Shown: positions 15,976 through 16,789 of the stretch, in pieces
How positions within the stretch are numbered: the stretch's first letter is position 1
How the letters are laid out: each line of letters starts with the position of its first letter
NCBI GenBank assembly: GCA_046726415.1
Contig: JBKPAK010000171.1
Span: 1-16,789 of the forward strand
Length of the DNA: 16,789 bases
Direction of reading: 5' to 3'
From: Candidatus Methylomirabilota bacterium
Lineage (GTDB): Bacteria; Methylomirabilota; Methylomirabilia; Rokubacteriales; CSP1-6
Program-made: the position numbers and the translations under genes
The notes under the pieces: model-generated
The model's database searches: none
What the model was told of the DNA's origin: nothing
What the model saw: only the letters and a program-made list of their open reading frames with translations

Positions 15976-16438
15976 CTGGCGACCGCGCTTCTGATCATTC
16001 ATGGCCTGGTCGCGGTCGCGCTGCGGCGCGGTCACCCACCAGACACTGGCGGCATGGGCGCCGGCGCGCAGCCGGCCGGGTTCGTTCTTCGGCCGCTTTC
16101 GCGCCGTGCCGTCCGCCTCCTTCGCCAACGCCATCGTAGTGCTGTATGCAGTCTCGACACTACTGGGCTGGATCGTGTACCTGTACTTCCGCGTCGACAT
16201 CCGGCCCGAGTTGGAGCGCGCCGGCCAGTGGCCGACGCTCGGCCTCTTCGACATTAAGGAGCATTTCGTCGCCATCGGGTTGGCACTCCTGGCGACTTAC
16301 TGGGTTTGCTGGAGGCAGCCGCGTGCCGACGAACTCGCGCGAACGCGAGCCGCCGTGACCTCGGTCCTTGCCTTCATCGTCTGGTGGAGCTTTCTGATTG
16401 GTCACGTCGTGAACAACATCAGAGGCTTCGGGTCATGA
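15976..16438 (+). pseudogene. Hypothetical 4-TM membrane protein (~154 aa) with a frameshift near 16024
   Basis: GGAGG then CTG 15976. ATALLIIHGLVAVAL joins GAVTHQTLAAW...LFDIKEHFVAIGL...GHVVNNIRGFGS* if 2 nt are restored. Confidence 0.7.
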
Positions 16439-16641
16439 CGTCGTCGCACGCGTTTCGCAGCTTCGCATTTGCATACGGGACAGCGTTCGCGGTTTTCTAC
16501 GTGGTCGTGCTCAAGCTGGATCTTGCGCTGTTCACCGTCTATCCCTCGATTGGCGTCGTCCTTCTGGGCACGCACCACGCGCGAGATGTCGTCGATCCCT
16601 CGCTGGGGTTCCTTGCTCCCGCGATGTACTGGTACGGCTGG
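16435..16641 (+). pseudogene. Small membrane protein, truncated at the transposase junction
   Basis: ATGA overlap with the upstream gene. MTSSHAFRSFAFAYGTAFAVFYVVVLKLDLALFTVYP...PAMYWYGW is followed abruptly by transposase sequence. Confidence 0.7.
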
Positions 16642-16789
16642 CGCGCTTCTGAAACTCGGTATCGAGGTAGCCGAGCGTACCGTCTCCCGCCTGATCCCGA
16701 GGCGCTCGACACCTCCTTCGCAGACCTGGCGCACGTTCCTCGCGAACCATGTCCAGGATCTGGTCTCGATCGACTTCTTCACCGTTCCC
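16640..16789 (+). mobile_element. Fragment of a DDE (rve integrase-core) transposase, IS3/IS481-related; 5'-truncated, runs off window
   Basis: GALLKLGIEVAERTVSRLIPRRSTPPSQTWRTFLANHVQDLVSIDFFTVP, including the first catalytic Asp motif (DFFTV). Confidence 0.88.

Overview
High-GC (roughly 70% by eye) bacterial window. Gene content and style are reminiscent of Ca. Rokubacteria/Methylomirabilota, which is inference only. Left end (1-~2700): a small integrative-element-like module. It has a frameshifted tyrosine integrase and an HTH_17 excisionase-like gene on the minus strand. A divergent control region follows, with two near-identical arrays of 10-bp direct repeats flanked by two sigma54-like motifs. 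The plus-strand cassette holds two paralogous ~120-aa unknown proteins on either side of a BhlA/UviB-holin-like membrane protein. 2800-5250 is gene debris (alpha/beta-hydrolase, SDR and HTH fragments), an intact THEP1-type NTPase and a truncated group II intron. 5410-9987 is an intact LivKHMGF-type ABC operon. 10528-14778 is an intact NitT/TauT-type ABC operon with an amidohydrolase-2 and a divergent P5C-reductase-like gene, preceded by a decayed TetR gene. 14840-end is more debris: a family-5 SBP, an AAA-domain fragment, two membrane-protein genes and a DDE transposase fragment. No rRNA, tRNA or CRISPR array was seen.
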